Assembly: GCF_037042905.1 (NCBI RefSeq)
Contig: NC_087246.1
Span: 35,650,001-35,714,000, forward strand
Length of the DNA stretch: 64,000 bases
DNA from: Lytechinus pictus
Taxonomy: Eukaryota
Direction: 5' to 3'
Shown: positions 13,936-27,183 of the stretch, piece after piece
How the letters are laid out: each line of letters opens with the position of its first letter
Numbering within the stretch: position 1 is the stretch's first letter
Translations under genes and position numbers: made by a program
Notes under the pieces: generated by a model
What the model was told of the DNA's origin: nothing
The model's database searches: none
What the model saw: the letters and a program-made list of their open reading frames with translations, nothing else

Positions 13936-15378
13936 ATACGGTCCATGGTGAGGCCAATCATCGGAGAAGGCTCTAACTGGGGGAAAAATAGAAAAAAATC
14001 TTTAGCGTTAGAGATCATGAAATTTTGATTTATGAATCATGCTGAATTTGATCTATGAACCAGCTGTGCAGTCCATCTGGCTCTTCACATCATTTAGGTC
14101 TAACCAATGATTATGGGTTCTATGTTTTTTTTGCATTAGATTTTATACTGGAAGAAAAAAAAAACGAATTATAATCAAAACGTCGTCGTGTATGAATGGA
14201 GATATGCTCCAATTAGGACTGTTCCGTACCCCTCGTTTCCATTACAAGATTTGGTTTTATGCTATCCTAACACATCAAAACAACCCATCTATACACGTAT
14301 AATTATGTTCCGTACAATTGTTGTTCAACCGAGGGAAGTGGTTGGGGTATCAATGTATGGTTGTTGGTACGTGTATCTCATCACTAAAAACGCATTATCT
14401 CTATACCCACCTCCCTGTGTAGATGTGATTCGGAAACAATAAGCTTACACTTGGATCTTTAAATCGGAAAGAAAGGTAGAAAATGGACTGTCGTCGGAAA
14501 CCTAGTTTAGTGATAATCACATCCCAAAACTCATTTTGCTTAAAACTAGAAATTGTTTTATTTGTACATCTGATCGTATTTTTGTGGACATTTCAAAGTC
14601 TTAGGATGTAAAGATTGCATTCAGAGTCATAGACAAAGATCTGAAATTTGTGTGATAGGAAATGGAACACGCGTTCGGGATGCTGTAGGAAGACTGCGAG
14701 CAAAGCGAGCGAGAATCACAAGTTACCTCTGGAAATACTTTTTTATGATGGATCGGAAAAGAAGTAGGCATAAGTACAGTAGGCATAAGTATATACAAGC
14801 ACAGCTTCACAGTGGACCTCTCCATTTCCAGCATGTTATTTTCAGCCACAAGTATTCAATGATCCATATTAAGTTTCACATGTATAATTTAGATGAGTAT
14901 ATATAGTGCGTTACATGTTTCTTTATTACATTTCAATTGTTATAACTGTATTTATGATGGATTTTGTCTACTGTTTTGTTGGAAATGAGAAAAAAATAAA
15001 ACTGAAACTAAGTATAACAGAGTGCAATTATGGTATTTGATATAATAATTTACCCCCCCCCCCCATCCACCAAAAATGTTGGCAGTGATCACCAATGTGC
15101 AACTCTGATTTAAAAAAAGTGTAAACGACTAGTATTTGTTTCCAAAGATGAAGAAAGTATACTAGTCAATACCTAACGAATTAGATTTGTATTGGGAGTA
15201 TACTCTACTGTTGATAAAGAAACCATCAGTACACGGTGATAAATACACTATCTTTAAATTGAAAGGATGATGATAAATTATCGTCTGTTTGAACGAACTC
15301 TTGTACTAATATATTTTTTTATACGATCATTTCAATTCTTTCAAACCATTTGTAGGATTGTCATTGCTGTGATTGATC

Positions 15379-15559
15379 ATGCAAATAAGAAGCGTAGTCG
15401 CCGTCGTCTTCGGGGCCCTGGAGAACCTCATCCACGCTGGCATCATCTTCGGTTGGCCCTCTCTCGTATTCGTCCTCAAGGATATTGGTTACTATGGCAA
15501 CAAATGCCCAGCTGACCCGACCCCAACAGGTGCTCCTACAAGAAACGCTACAAACAGTG
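15379..15559 (+). CDS. SLC43A3: SLC43A3-like (equilibrative nucleobase transporter / SLC43 family MFS transporter), coding exon 1 of 10; whole CDS 15379-29027, 634 aa
   Basis: MQIRSVVAVVFGALENLIHAGIIFGWPSLVFVLKDIGYY matches the SLC43 N-terminal FGWPSLVFV motif. Acceptor at 15355/15356 implies an upstream non-coding exon. Donor G|gtaatg, phase 1. Confidence 0.85.
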
Positions 15560-16809
15560 GTAATGATTGTTTGTTTCTCTTTGGATGATTTGAAATCATT
15601 TCTGATATGTTCGTTCTTTTCATTCTCGTGTGGGGCTCTCAGCTGCAGTATGGGGCAAACCGCAACGTGCAGAACAAACCAAAAAACAAGAAAAAAAAAA
15701 GGCTCGTTAATTATTTGCTGATAGATTGAACAAACATAGTCTAGTCTACTTATGATAGGATTGAGTTGGTGTTCATATTTGTACAGGAGCTGGTGATTGG
15801 TTTTTTGTGTCTTTGAAGAAGTTCAAAATATTGCCGATTGGTGTCTAGCTCGTATTCTCATCCCGAAATGTCTAATCCATTTTTTTGTCTACAGCCAGCT
15901 CGTCTGATAAAATGTTGGTCAAAAAAGTGTATTTCATAGTTAAACTTTATTTCGTCTAGTATATGCTTGGTAGATTATATGGCTTGATGAACTGTTTTTT
16001 ATCAAAATTTTCATCAGAAAAATATTTTTAAAAAGTAGACTAACTGAACTATAAAAAAAAGTTTGTCAAGACCATGTGCAGTGTTGACGAAAGGGCAATT
16101 AAACCAAATTGGTAGTACACAAAATGGGTTTGGCCCATGCGTGTGATGTCGTCCAACCGCTTGTAGATCAATCCAAAATAATGACCGGAGTTGGTCAAAA
16201 CAATAAGTGAAATCACGGGTGAATAATAATCAAATGAATGGTGATATGGACCCTTATAAAGATATTTGGCTAAAACCTATATCGAGACCGATCATTGCCG
16301 GTATTTTAGCTAATAGAAAATTTGTTAATGACGGGTACTAATGGCTAGCTCTATTAACCGGTCATATTTTTGTGACGAGAATAGTGCAACAAATAAAAAT
16401 GACTCACACACTGTCTTGTTTACAAAACATATGATACACAACATTATTTTGCTCGGGCATTAGAATCACGGGCCGAGATGCTTTTTTCATGCCTCAAACT
16501 ATATACCTAGCTATAACTTTGTCAATATGTGTAAAAAAAAATCATCGTTATCTTTGGTATAGTCCCAAAGCCCTCGGCTATGATTCGGGCGTGTACCTCA
16601 TGAGTTTAAGTACTGTAAATGCCCTTGATTATGTTTATAAATGGTCAACAGACCAATCATGAATTAGACTCAATGAAAAAACATAATCATCATTTTCGGG
16701 GAAATTTACCTCCTTTATTATGATTATTTACTACATAATTATGAAATACCTAATATTTGGGGTTAAGTTTTCATTAATAAGAACGTACGTCCTCGTCAAA
16801 ACCTTTCAG

Positions 16810-17014
16810 GCCGACTCGACAGTTCGATCACCACCATGCCAATCTCGCCGACGATGACGACGACGTCGTCGACGGATGAAGTGTTTTGTGAGGAGCAGGA
16901 TGCAGCCCTGGTGTTGGTGTATACTGTAGCCACCGTGATGCTCCCGCTTAGTATGTTACCAGCAGGATATCTTCTTCTCATAGTTGGTAGCAGAATATCT
17001 AGGATTGTCTTCAG
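16810..17014 (+). CDS. SLC43A3: SLC43A3-like coding exon 2
   Basis: tttcag|GC ... AG|gtaatg; encodes CEEQDAALVLVYTVATVMLPLSMLPAGYLLLIVGSRISRIVF (C..QD..L.LV.T motif of SLC43). Confidence 0.85.
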
Positions 17015-17085
17015 GTAATGTCAATTTGTTTATTTTAGGTGGAGAGAGTGTGGGTGTGTCGTGAAATCCCAATCAAATATAAATG

Positions 17086-17441
17086 NNNNNNNNNNNNNNN
17101 NNNNNNNNNNNNNNNNNNNNNNNNNNNNNNNNNNNNNNNNNNNNNNNNNNNNNNNNNNNNNNNNNNNNNNNNNNNNNNNNNNNNNNNNNNNNNNNNNNNN
17201 NNNNNNNNNNNNNNNNNNNNNNNNNNNNNNNNNNNNNNNNNNNNNNNNNNNNNNNNNNNNNNNNNNNNNNNNNNNNNNNNNNNNNNNNNNNNNNNNNNNN
17301 NNNNNNNNNNNNNNNNNNNNNNNNNNNNNNNNNNNNNNNNNNNNNNNNNNNNNNNNNNNNNNNNNNNNNNNNNNNNNNNNNNNNNNNNNNNNNNNNNNNN
17401 NNNNNNNNNNNNNNNNNNNNNNNNNNNNNNNNNNNNNNNNN
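17086..17441. other. Assembly gap (N run) inside an SLC43A3-like intron
   Basis: Run of N characters; the flanking exons still join in frame across it. Confidence 0.99.
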
Positions 17442-18884
17442 ATATTATCATTGTTATTCATAGTATCATCGTTCTTTTCAATAATGTTATGTTAATATTA
17501 TTACCATGCTCATTTAAAACATTATCACTATTATTATTAATATCATTATCATTGTTTTAATCGTCATAATAATCATCATTTCCAATTGACATTTGAAAGA
17601 ACACCTTAAACCTTTAAAAATCAATTAATACTTCCCACTTTGCAAGGGGCAGATTGAGCTCCGTCTTACAAAGACTTGTTATCAATCCGATCAACCTCAA
17701 CTATATGAAAATCTACCAATGTCATAATTCTTCATCATAATGATTTTTGCAGTCGTTTCTGTACCTAATTGATAAATCAGCAATTAATTAACATCTTCAT
17801 GTAATTACAGTGATATAAATGAAAACATTATAAATGTATTGGAACGTCGGAATCCGATCGGCAAACAATCTCTAGATATTCCAAATAAGAGATACAAACT
17901 TTGGAATGAATAAAAAAAAGCCTTCCACCAAAACTTTGTTAGTTTTTTTTTATTGTTGGGTTTAGATAAACAATATAAAACCACTCCTTTAACTTCTGGA
18001 AACTGAATGCGGTTGACATTTTCCCCGATCTATAAAACATCGAATACATAAATTCAACAACTGCCACAAAAATGATAAAAATCAATCTCCCTTATATTTC
18101 CTCAAATGGTTTACTTATTTGAATATTTTAATGATGTTTTACTTGGCATGAATAATCAGAGATTTGCACGTAGACTTAAACGCTACATAACGGAATAATA
18201 TACAACGTGAGGTACTGTTCTCTGTAATAGCCAGAACGCGTTTGGCAGCAATGGAAATACAATTGTACATTGTGTATATTATAATAACTCATCTGTTGGT
18301 AATGACATTTATTATTGACTGTCGGTACCATTTCGCACGGAATGCAATCCATAGTCGAGTGTCTTTATAGGAAGATTTTGATTTAAATAGAAAAAAAAAG
18401 TATAGAGATAAAAGAAAATTCAAAGTTCATTGACATTGTTTTCGATAGACATTGTTTTCGATTGACCACAATGTACAATCAATCGTAAAAATTAAGCGTT
18501 CGGTTAATCGCTACCTTTTGTGTTACAGATTACAGGGTATCTTTGTAACACCTGAGGGTTTGGTGCTCTCAGAACACCCATTCATGTTAAACACCATAGT
18601 TTCCAGAGAACACATGAACAGATTCCCGTCGTTCGTGGTGACGTTCGTAAATGTCAAAGTATTTATTAAAAATGCCTCCAGGACGAAGATTTACTTTGAC
18701 TGATTTGATATCGAATTTTGATTTTATTTCCACATTTCAATAACAAAAGTATATGCAAGTTTAATCATTTTCCAACATTAAAAAATAAGGAGACGTTTTC
18801 CAAAAACAATAAGTTGGCCATCTACAAAAGATTGAAAAAAACATTTTCAGTTGAATTTATGTTATGTCGTTATTTCTATTGCAG

Positions 18885-19008
18885 TATAATGATGGTATGT
18901 GGATACGTGTGTCTGGCCATGAGTTCACCCGAAATACCAAGCCTGCTGTATCCTGCATCAATCTTACTAGGTGCAGCAGGACTCATCATTATCCTCGCAA
19001 GCTTTGAG
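18885..19008 (+). CDS. SLC43A3: SLC43A3-like coding exon 3
   Basis: ttgcag|T ... GAG|gtgagt; IMMVCGYVCLAMSSPEIPSLLYPASILLGAAGLIIILASFE, two TM segments. Confidence 0.85.
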
Positions 19009-19516
19009 GTGAGTATACCGGCCACACGTTTGGTTATTTCAAGTCCGGTGCTGGCATTGGTGCTGATGTTGGTGTTGGAATTTGGGTTGCTTCCCCTAGC
19101 CCCAAAATAAATTCTGAGTTTGTAAAACTGATCCAGATCACATTATTGGCATCTCAAAAAACAGTGAGTGACTGTTCAGGAACATCTTCATTTTATGTTT
19201 GGTGTTATACTCGTGTAAAAATTGACCTAACACCAACACCAATATGTCAACACTGAACTTGAAATCACCCGTTGGAAGCGTCCTCTGTCTGTCGTACGGG
19301 TTCAATGGCATTTGCGGCGGCGACAAATGCTCCGATTGAAAATCTGCACGTTAAGCCAAACATAAAATCCAACCATTTAAACTAAACCCTAATCCCTATC
19401 TTTACATTATCTCAACTAAAAACTCTATTACAATCCTCGATCTCTATACCCTATGCCCTCTAAGATATCAAAGCCCAGGGCAATTGTCGCAGGAGCAAAT
19501 GTCATATCACCATCGT

Positions 19517-21079
19517 CAGCGGCGTAACAGGGTTCGGTGGCCAGGGGGGGCAAGAGCCAAAAATTTCCCGGTCATATCATGGAACTGGCAATGGCGTCAT
19601 AAGGCAAAATTTTTGTGGGGGCGATATGGCGTATCAGGCAAATATATATATATATAAAAGCGAGCGAGCAAAATTTTTTGACATTTTTATTGCAAAAGTC
19701 AAATTTTGTGATAGATTTTGACATAATGTTAAAAATATGATATCATATTCACCCTCCTCTCTTTCCTTTTTTTTTCTCTTTTTTTGTACGCCACGGTGAA
19801 CAGGATTTTTGTTATGATTGTGAGCATCAGGGCGAAGCTCTATGTGCTCGAGGGGGCCGAGTATGGCGCTTCTGGCAAGAAGTAGCTTAATATAGGTCCC
19901 GAGCGAGCGAAGCGAGCGAGATAAAAAAAAAAACACCTTTTCATGAGAATCTAACATGAAGATAGATTTTAACGTGATATTCAGAAAAATATAATACACT
20001 TTCCCTTCTTTCCTCATTTTTTTTTGTTTGGTTGTAGAACTTTTGGGGGACATGGTCCAAACTCATCCATATAACAGTGCTTTATGGGTGGGGTCCAGGG
20101 CAGAGCCCCGGAACCTCTTGATATCAAAGCCATTTTAAACCTTACAGATGGCCACTTATTTTAATCAAATTGCGTGTATATTTATATAGCTAAAACACAA
20201 CACATAAATTCAATGCAGTTGTGTATCGTATTCATCCAAATATTGTGAGGGGCACACCATAGCAAATATGGGAAAATTTGTAAAAAGTCGCCAGCGAGCG
20301 AAGCGAGCCAGAAATAAAATGGCCTGTTAAAATGAAATTCTACTTATGTGATAGATTTTAACATCATTATAGCAAATATCATGTCATATATTTTTTTTCA
20401 TTCATCTCATTTCGCTGCCTCCTTTATTTTCTTTTATTTCCCCTTGGCTGTGAAACCACCCCCCGATACGCCAGTGCTTCAACGTACAACTTCATGCAGG
20501 AAGGGTCCATATAGGGGCCCGTTATAGAACCCATTAAAGGTTACAGATGAAGAGCCCCCACTGCACGGGGTCTTGACTCTTGGACAGAGCCTTTGGAGAT
20601 TTAGCAAGTTTATGATAGACTTTCATACGACATTATGCTATATACCATCCATTTTTCTTCCCGCTCGTTATCTCAATCCTCAGCAGCCCGGTAGTGTACG
20701 TTATCTTGTCCCTATTCTTTATTTTCCAATTTAGATTTTGGCTAATTCTATTCTGCCTTTATAATTCCCGCTTTTGTTTGCCTTTTTGTCATCTTTAACT
20801 TATTTCCCTGTCTTACTAATCATGATAATGTATTTGTATATCGGGGCGAATTGTTCTTTCTCACTTGTTCTTTTTTCCTTCTTTTTCCCGTTATCTTTCC
20901 GTTTTCCCTTTTTTATGCTTTTTCTTAGTTTTCTTTTCCCTTCCCCTTTTTTCTTTCCTTTCCCTTTCCCTTTCTTCCCCTTTTTTTTTATTTTTCCCGT
21001 TTTTTTTTTAATTTTCCCGGTGAGCTTCGCCAGGGGGGGCAGTTTGCCCCCCCTGCCCCCCCGCCTGTGTACGCCACTG
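19517..21079. mobile_element. Non-autonomous hAT-type element (~1.56 kb), probably with a nested related element
   Basis: TIRs CAGCGGCGTAACAGG / CCTGTGTACGCCACTG and a perfect 8-bp TSD ACCATCGT (19509-19516, 21080-21087). Internal GCGAGCGAAGCGAGC motifs; no transposase ORF. Confidence 0.8.
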
Positions 21080-21159
21080 ACCATCGTACGACAGCCCAAG
21101 GAGCTTTTGTTTTGGACGACGTATATGCTTCTGCAACGGTTGCCAACGACTATCTGTGC

Positions 21160-21490
21160 GGTGGTTACGGTGGGGTTACGGTAATTAGTTTTTGCACCGA
21201 GACGCAAAACGAATTGGATAAATTTATTGAAAATGTCCATCAAATGGCAATGAACAGCTGGAAGGTCTTTGTAGAAAGTTTCGTCCTAAGTTTTGGAGCT
21301 GACGAAAAATGGCAAATATGTCGTTTGTCCAGAATCCAGGACGAAACATCTCATTGATTCACCAAGTTTCGACAATGACTTGTTTGCCTTTGGTATGAAG
21401 GACATTTTAAAATACCTTTTCTATGTTCTTGAAACCATTCTGAATCACGGTGCGAAACTCTCTATACGTTTCTCCTGCGAAAAAAAATCG
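21160..21490 (+). repeat. Interspersed repeat family (6 copies: ~21160-21490 +, 23295-23570 +, 38120-38345 -, 40000-40200 -, 47330-47640 +, 61145-61430 +)
   Basis: Shared core AATGAACAGCTGG...TTCGTCCTAAGTTTTGGAGCTGAC...TCGTTTGTCCAGA.TCCAGGACGAAAC...TTCGACAAAGACT; some copies are partial. Confidence 0.7.
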
Positions 21491-22744
21491 TTTCGATCTC
21501 TAGGATTGGACGTATATTGAGATACTGACAAGAAATCATGTGATCTCTATTGTCATATTGTAGATTTTAGAACATTGCTGATTCTCCCAGGGAACAGTCC
21601 TAAGTCGGAGAACCGATTAGAGTCAGTGAAGCCTGCGCTGATGGTTCAATCGGCAATTTCATCGTCGGAGAAGAATCTGTCTTGCAAAGCGAAAGCCTAT
21701 TATGCGACCGCGACCGCATCAATTAGTAAACGACCATGTCAGCTGCCTGACATGCGACCTATATACCGCGTCAGTGCCCTAACGCCCTACCGCGTCTTTT
21801 ATGGGTTCCAAGACATTTGCTCCGGCGACAACTGCTCCGAATGAAAATCTGATGTTGTTGTTTTATTTTGATACTTGGCGTTCAGTCTTAAAGACTGTTT
21901 GCGCCTTTATGGAGATCGATAGTCAAACTGAATATCAGGAATTCATTGGAAACTGGGTGTGCCCAGTTCTCGTATCACGGCCAACCTGCTGCGTACATCA
22001 AGCAAACTTTCTCTCCATGGACCTTGGGCACTCAAATGACTGATTTAATTGCATGACACCACTTGCAGCATTTAGGGTCAGAAACATAAATACCTGACAT
22101 GTCATTTGTACTATAATTGCACTATTACTATTTTACTTCGGTTTTCTTTGCCTGACAATAAACCACGTCTATTTTCTGTCTGACACACATCCACCTTGAC
22201 GACACTAAATGACACAGGAATGACAGTTTTAATAATGGCCTTTATCACGCCGAGTGTGGAGTGTGACGATTGCTTGAAAACATACCATACCATACAATAA
22301 TTGCCTCAGTCCCAACTACGTACTGATTAACCTTCAAACTTTGTTTCCATACGATACCATACTATATATCGCCTCAGTCCCAATTACGCACTGATTAACC
22401 GTCAAACTTTTTTCTTGTTTGGAGAATTAAGACAGTGTTTATTCCTTGACAAACAAAATCGTCAATAACTGCCTGATATACGATGGCCTGTGTTGCATAA
22501 CAAATGGCCATATTAATTGCCTGAAAAATCCAAGTCTGCCGACATTCGGTGAAATACATTGTCTGATCACCGTTTGTGGCCTAACATGAGACCCTTGAAA
22601 GGGGGTCTTACAATAATTGTGTAGTTGCCTTTCCAGTTGTGAAATCCCCTGTAATTACACACCCACAACCATTTCAGTGACCTGAATCCACTGCAAAAAG
22701 CTCACATTGTAGTAACTAATATCATTTTATATCCTTATATACAG

Positions 22745-22837
22745 ATAGCAAATCTATTTCCAACTCAAAAGTCGACCGTGATCGGGGTGATGAATGGTTG
22801 TTACGACACTTCAACCCTTATCTTCTTTCTAATAAAG
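22745..22837 (+). CDS. SLC43A3: SLC43A3-like coding exon 4
   Basis: atacag|ATA ... AAG|gtaagt; IANLFPTQKSTVIGVMNGCYDTSTLIFFLIK matches the SLC43 NLF...ST.I...NG..D.S motif. Confidence 0.9.
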
Positions 22838-23615
22838 GTAAGTATACATGTATGTCGTACACACTAGCGTATGAGGAGGGGTGTCACGTGCTCTGGATGC
22901 CACTTTCAGGGGGGGGGGGGTGAAACGAATAAAAAAAATGCAGAAAATCGGAAAAGAACGGAAAGAAACCATCGTGCCAGCGGCTTAAATATAAGTAACC
23001 CAATGTGCTTTCCTGTTTAAAGTAAGTAAATTCAATGCTTTTATTTCATCTCCAATTCAAACACAATACTAAGAAATGTAAATAGGATACAAATTAAGGG
23101 ATTGACATTTAAAAAAGCAGTACAAAGAAGGGCGTATATGGAAATGGAAATGAGGGGTCCACTAAAAACAATATCCCACTCGTCCTAAAAAATACATTCA
23201 TATTCCATGAATACAAATCATCATTATGTCAGTTTGATTGGTTTGTGCTTTCAAGTACAAATTCTTCCAGAGTAAAGAGTTTTCACTCCTCAATGCACGA
23301 CGAATTCAAGAACACAGTAAAGATGTAATGATGATGCCTTATAAATGACAATGAACAGCTGGGAGGTATTTGGCAAAAATCGTGAACCGGCCGGAACAGC
23401 AGTTCCGTCCTAAGTTTAGGAGCTGACGAAAAAATCCAAATAAATCGTTTGTCCAGAGTGAAGGACGAAACAGGTGTTTTGATTCGCAAATTTTCGACAA
23501 AGACTCCTTGGTTATTATGTTTTTGAATCCGGATAGTGCGTCGTGGAGCGCAAACTCTTTCATCGAACTGATAAACTTTGTCGATAGTTAATCGACTCAT
23601 TTACTATCATCATAG

Positions 23616-23940
23616 ATCGCTTACGAGAACGGAATTTCATTAGAGGTCTCCTCCCTAGCGCTGGCATGTACTACCGTCTTCTTTTTTGTCAATATATGCC
23701 TTCTTCCCCGGCATCATATTCCCTGGCCACTCCCTGATGACTACTTCCTTCATGTGCCCTGCTTACCCGATCCCGAATTCGATACGATCAGCGAGGTTGA
23801 GATGGTCGTCGAGAACGAGAATGGGATGGTGCTTTGTTCTGCGGAAGGCGATCTCACAACGAGCCGCACACTTTGTGACGTAGGAACGCAAACGTTCGAG
23901 TTTGATAATCTCGGGTTTGAGGACCCGGTGGTGACGAAAG
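23616..23940 (+). CDS. SLC43A3: SLC43A3-like coding exon 5
   Basis: catag|ATC ... G|gtgtgc; IAYENGISLE...LLPRHHIPWPLPDDY matches the SLC43A3 YE.GIS and P..HIP.PLP..Y motifs. The 3' boundary is less certain. Confidence 0.8.
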
Positions 23941-24838
23941 GTGTGCCGATTATCTATTCTATTGATTTTAAATTATGGTTGTTTTTCGTAGAATTGATGT
24001 AATATAAACTAGAAAGTGTGAGAGAAAATCTTTCCTACTATTCATGGTTTTGTTTGAGCTCAGGCCTTTTTTGTCCCATGTCGTATTAAAGTTCAAGTTC
24101 AAGGAGAAGAAAAAAGTAAACCACTTTATGCCACAAACTATAATATAGTTTTTCTTTTGTTCCACGTCTCATATGTCAGCGTGAATAATAAAAAAAATGT
24201 TATTTGTATTTTGTATCCCTCTCCCACGGATTTTGGCCCATATAAATGGATAAGCGTCCCTCTATGGGATTTCAATGTAAATACGACCAGTAGCGTACCG
24301 TGGGCCACGGCAAAGGTGGGGGTGGGGCACGGGCAAAAAATTTGAATCACCACTTTAACTTACCGAGCGCAAAGATATAGGATTGTGTAGATATCAATAC
24401 CTCAATTTTCCATGGCTAAAAATGTCCGATTTTGAGGAAAAACTTGTTAATAGGGCAACGTGTTTATCTTGCTCAAGTGATGAAACTGTTTTACAGGTAT
24501 CGTCTTTGTTTTTTAACAATTCAGGTTTTATCATATAAAATATAATAGGCTCTTTGTCTTGAAATTGAACGTTCCGTAGACTTCCACTGAATGAAATGGT
24601 AGATTTGAACCACAACACATTTAATAACAATGATAATATGATAATATTATTAATGATAATAATAATAATAACAATAATAATAATGCTGATGTCTTAATTA
24701 AGCGCACATACCGTCCGAAGACGCTCATGGCGCTAGCCCAGCAACACTTCATTTAGATATATAAAGAAAAACTACAAATATACATGTAGGCCTAAACAAA
24801 TTCTACAAATTTATTATAATTTACCTTTTTTTTCACAG

Positions 24839-25282
24839 TAAAAAAGAGAGTGTCCTTACATGTTGAGGATATCATCAATGAACGCCGTGCATCGAAACAG
24901 AGTTGGAGCACCGGCATTACCGGGGAACGGCGTTTATCCAAGCAAAGTTGGAACATCGGGGAACGGCGTTTATCCAAGCAAAGTTGGGACACCGGGGACC
25001 GACGTTTATCCAAGCAAAGTGTGAACAGTAAAATAAGCTCAAGGAACTCGTTAGATAGCCGCATGAGTCAGAAAGAGCTCGCCAAGAGACGAGAGAGCAT
25101 TCATGAAGAGAATTCAGAACTGAAAAGGGATGAGGCCTACCCAACATTCTTTTCCTGTTTGAAGAGTCCGATGTTTTTCTTCATGTCGTTTTGGGCCATC
25201 GTCATCCAACTCCAACTGCTCTTCGTTTTGGCGATTATGAACCCTTGGCTTACGTGGCTAGCCGACGGTGATATTGATGTCG
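24839..25282 (+). CDS. SLC43A3: SLC43A3-like coding exon 6 (large loop with RRLSKQS repeats plus TM7)
   Basis: tttcacag|TA ... G|gtaata; ends PTFFSCLKSPMFFFMSFWAIVIQLQLLFVLAIMNPWLTWLADGD. Confidence 0.85.
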
Positions 25283-25319
25283 GTAATAGACCCTTTTGTC
25301 TTCTTATCAATCAATCAAC

Positions 25320-25384
25320 CCTCCTCCTTTTCTTTTCTCCTCAACCTTTTCCTCCTCCTCATCATCATCATCATCACCTTCATC

Positions 25385-25416
<32 letters not shown>

Positions 25417-25700
25417 CATCATTATCATCATATCATTGTCATCATCTCCATTATCATCATCATCATCCTAATCATCATAATCGTCATCAACATTATCATT
25501 ATCAACAAGATCATCAACAACATCATCATCATTATCATCTCCATCATCATCATCATCCTCTTCGTCAACATCATCATCCTCATCATGAATATCGATACTA
25601 TATGTATCATCATAACATATAATACTATTTTATCGTTCCTTATTATGTGCCCTCCTTCCCTCTTCTCCCCCATCATCGCCACAATCAATATCAACATCAG
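25320..25700. repeat. (CAT)n-type microsatellite in intron
   Basis: Degenerate CAT/CAC/CAA trinucleotide run directly after the exon 6 donor. Confidence 0.9.
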
Positions 25701-25894
25701 TAAGCACGTTCGTATCACCTAATCACCATATTCATCAATACCCTTTTTTACGAATAAGATGAAGTCCGAGTGATCTTAGTCCCAATGTGAATTTCTATCT
25801 ATGAAATATATGGGATATTTCTTAATATTTATCTATGAACGATGTGGTACACGTAAACTTGGTTACCGTTTCTTATTATGCTTTTATGTTGCAG

Positions 25895-26014
25895 TGAGTC
25901 AATACACTAATGTGCTTGCGTTGATGAGTTTTGTGAGTATGATTGGAGGACCCCTTGGAGGTCTGCTATTAGATAGGAGAAAACTCACCTTGTGTGCAGC
26001 ACCACTGGAATCAG
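25895..26014 (+). CDS. SLC43A3: SLC43A3-like coding exon 7
   Basis: ttgcag|TG ... G|gtaagc; VSQYTNVLALMSFVSMIGGPLGGLLLDR (VS.YTN and P..GLL.DR motifs). Confidence 0.88.
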
Positions 26015-26437
26015 GTAAGCCTCCCCCCCCTCTTTTTTCTCTCCCTCTCGCTCTCTCTAGGTATCAATTTCATTAATCAAATAATGATTTATTTCATCAT
26101 CATACAGAATAATAGAAATAAATATAATTAACGCAATCATCGGTACAAACCGGGGAACTGAGGATGTGTGGGGTGCTGTAAAAAATATACGTTCATTTAT
26201 GAATGAATCATCAGCCCGAAAATCAAGCGCAATACTTTTTATTAAAATGCATACTGGATTTGTAGTTGATTTGCACTCAGTTAAAACTCAATCAACAGTT
26301 AATTAAGCTTGATTCAGGGACTAATGATTGATTTGCAATTAATTGTAAGTTTCTTGCAACGTCTCTTTTCCCATAGGGCCTTAACATGTCCATCTTGCAA
26401 CTTGTTACTTTCACAAATTCTATTTTTCATTCTTTAG

Positions 26438-26627
26438 AACCTGCGTATGGTCCATTGACTGATCTGCGAAACAGTTGGTTGGCAGTGACTTGCACGACTG
26501 TTATGTCAATCGCCTACTCGGTATGCATGCTGGTTCGAATCCTCCCTCTCCAGTATTTGACCTTTGCCCTCTTGACCTTGTGTAGGTCAATGTTGTATGG
26601 CGTATCGGCAGGTGTGGTTCCACTCAC
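26438..26627 (+). CDS. SLC43A3: SLC43A3-like coding exon 8
   Basis: ctttag|AA ... AC|gtgagt; ILPLQYLTFALLTLCRSMLYG matches the SLC43A3 PILPLQY.TF.L....RS.LYG motif. Confidence 0.9.
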
Positions 26628-26929
26628 GTGAGTATTGTATTGTTTTCAATGTCCTTCCATTTTATGTTTCATCGTTAATATATTCTTTTACAATTATCAA
26701 AGCCGTGCAGAATTGACAAAATTCGCTGTTTTGTACCCTTTTTTTCAATAAGAGTGGAAAGACTATAAATAGGCTATAAAATGGCGAGTTGCCTTAGCTT
26801 ATTTGAAAAGATGTACTACAGTTGTTGACTTACCGTTAATGAGCACAATCATTGATTTAACATGGCGATTGAACTTGAAGATTGTCTTGACCTTTTGAAG
26901 AGTTTTGCCGGGACTGGGAGGCGCAATAC

Positions 26930-27179
26930 ACGTCCAGGTGAACACCCTAGTGCATGCGTTGTGACACAGGACCAACATTTGCGTCCTTTCCGATAGACGG
27001 AGTGTTTTCTAACTGCGCTCACACCTGTACTGGATACAGCAATGGGGCATGATTACATACAACGCTCTAGCACCAGATTTTTGGTAGACGCGCTTTTGCA
27101 TGGGCGGGACTCGAACCCCATGAAATCATATTATCTTATCCGAAACAGACGCTCGAACCCACTGAGCTACGGTGCCTCC
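26930..27179 (-). mobile_element. tRNA-derived SINE
   Basis: Minus-strand head GGAGGCACCGTAGCTCAGTGG (A box) ... GGTTCGAGTCCCGCCC (B box), followed by a non-tRNA body. 3' boundary approximate. Confidence 0.6.
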
Positions 27180-27183
27180 TAAA

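Noticed and set aside
17030-17560. Long ORFs of X residues
   Set aside because: Artefacts of the N gap.
20774-21243. Lys-rich and Phe-rich ORFs
   Set aside because: Pyrimidine-rich low-complexity tract inside the hAT-type element 19517-21079.
25268-25722. His-, Ile-, Ser- or Met-rich ORFs, including the tail of the 290-aa ORF
   Set aside because: Translations of an intronic (CAT)n microsatellite after the exon 6 donor at 25282.
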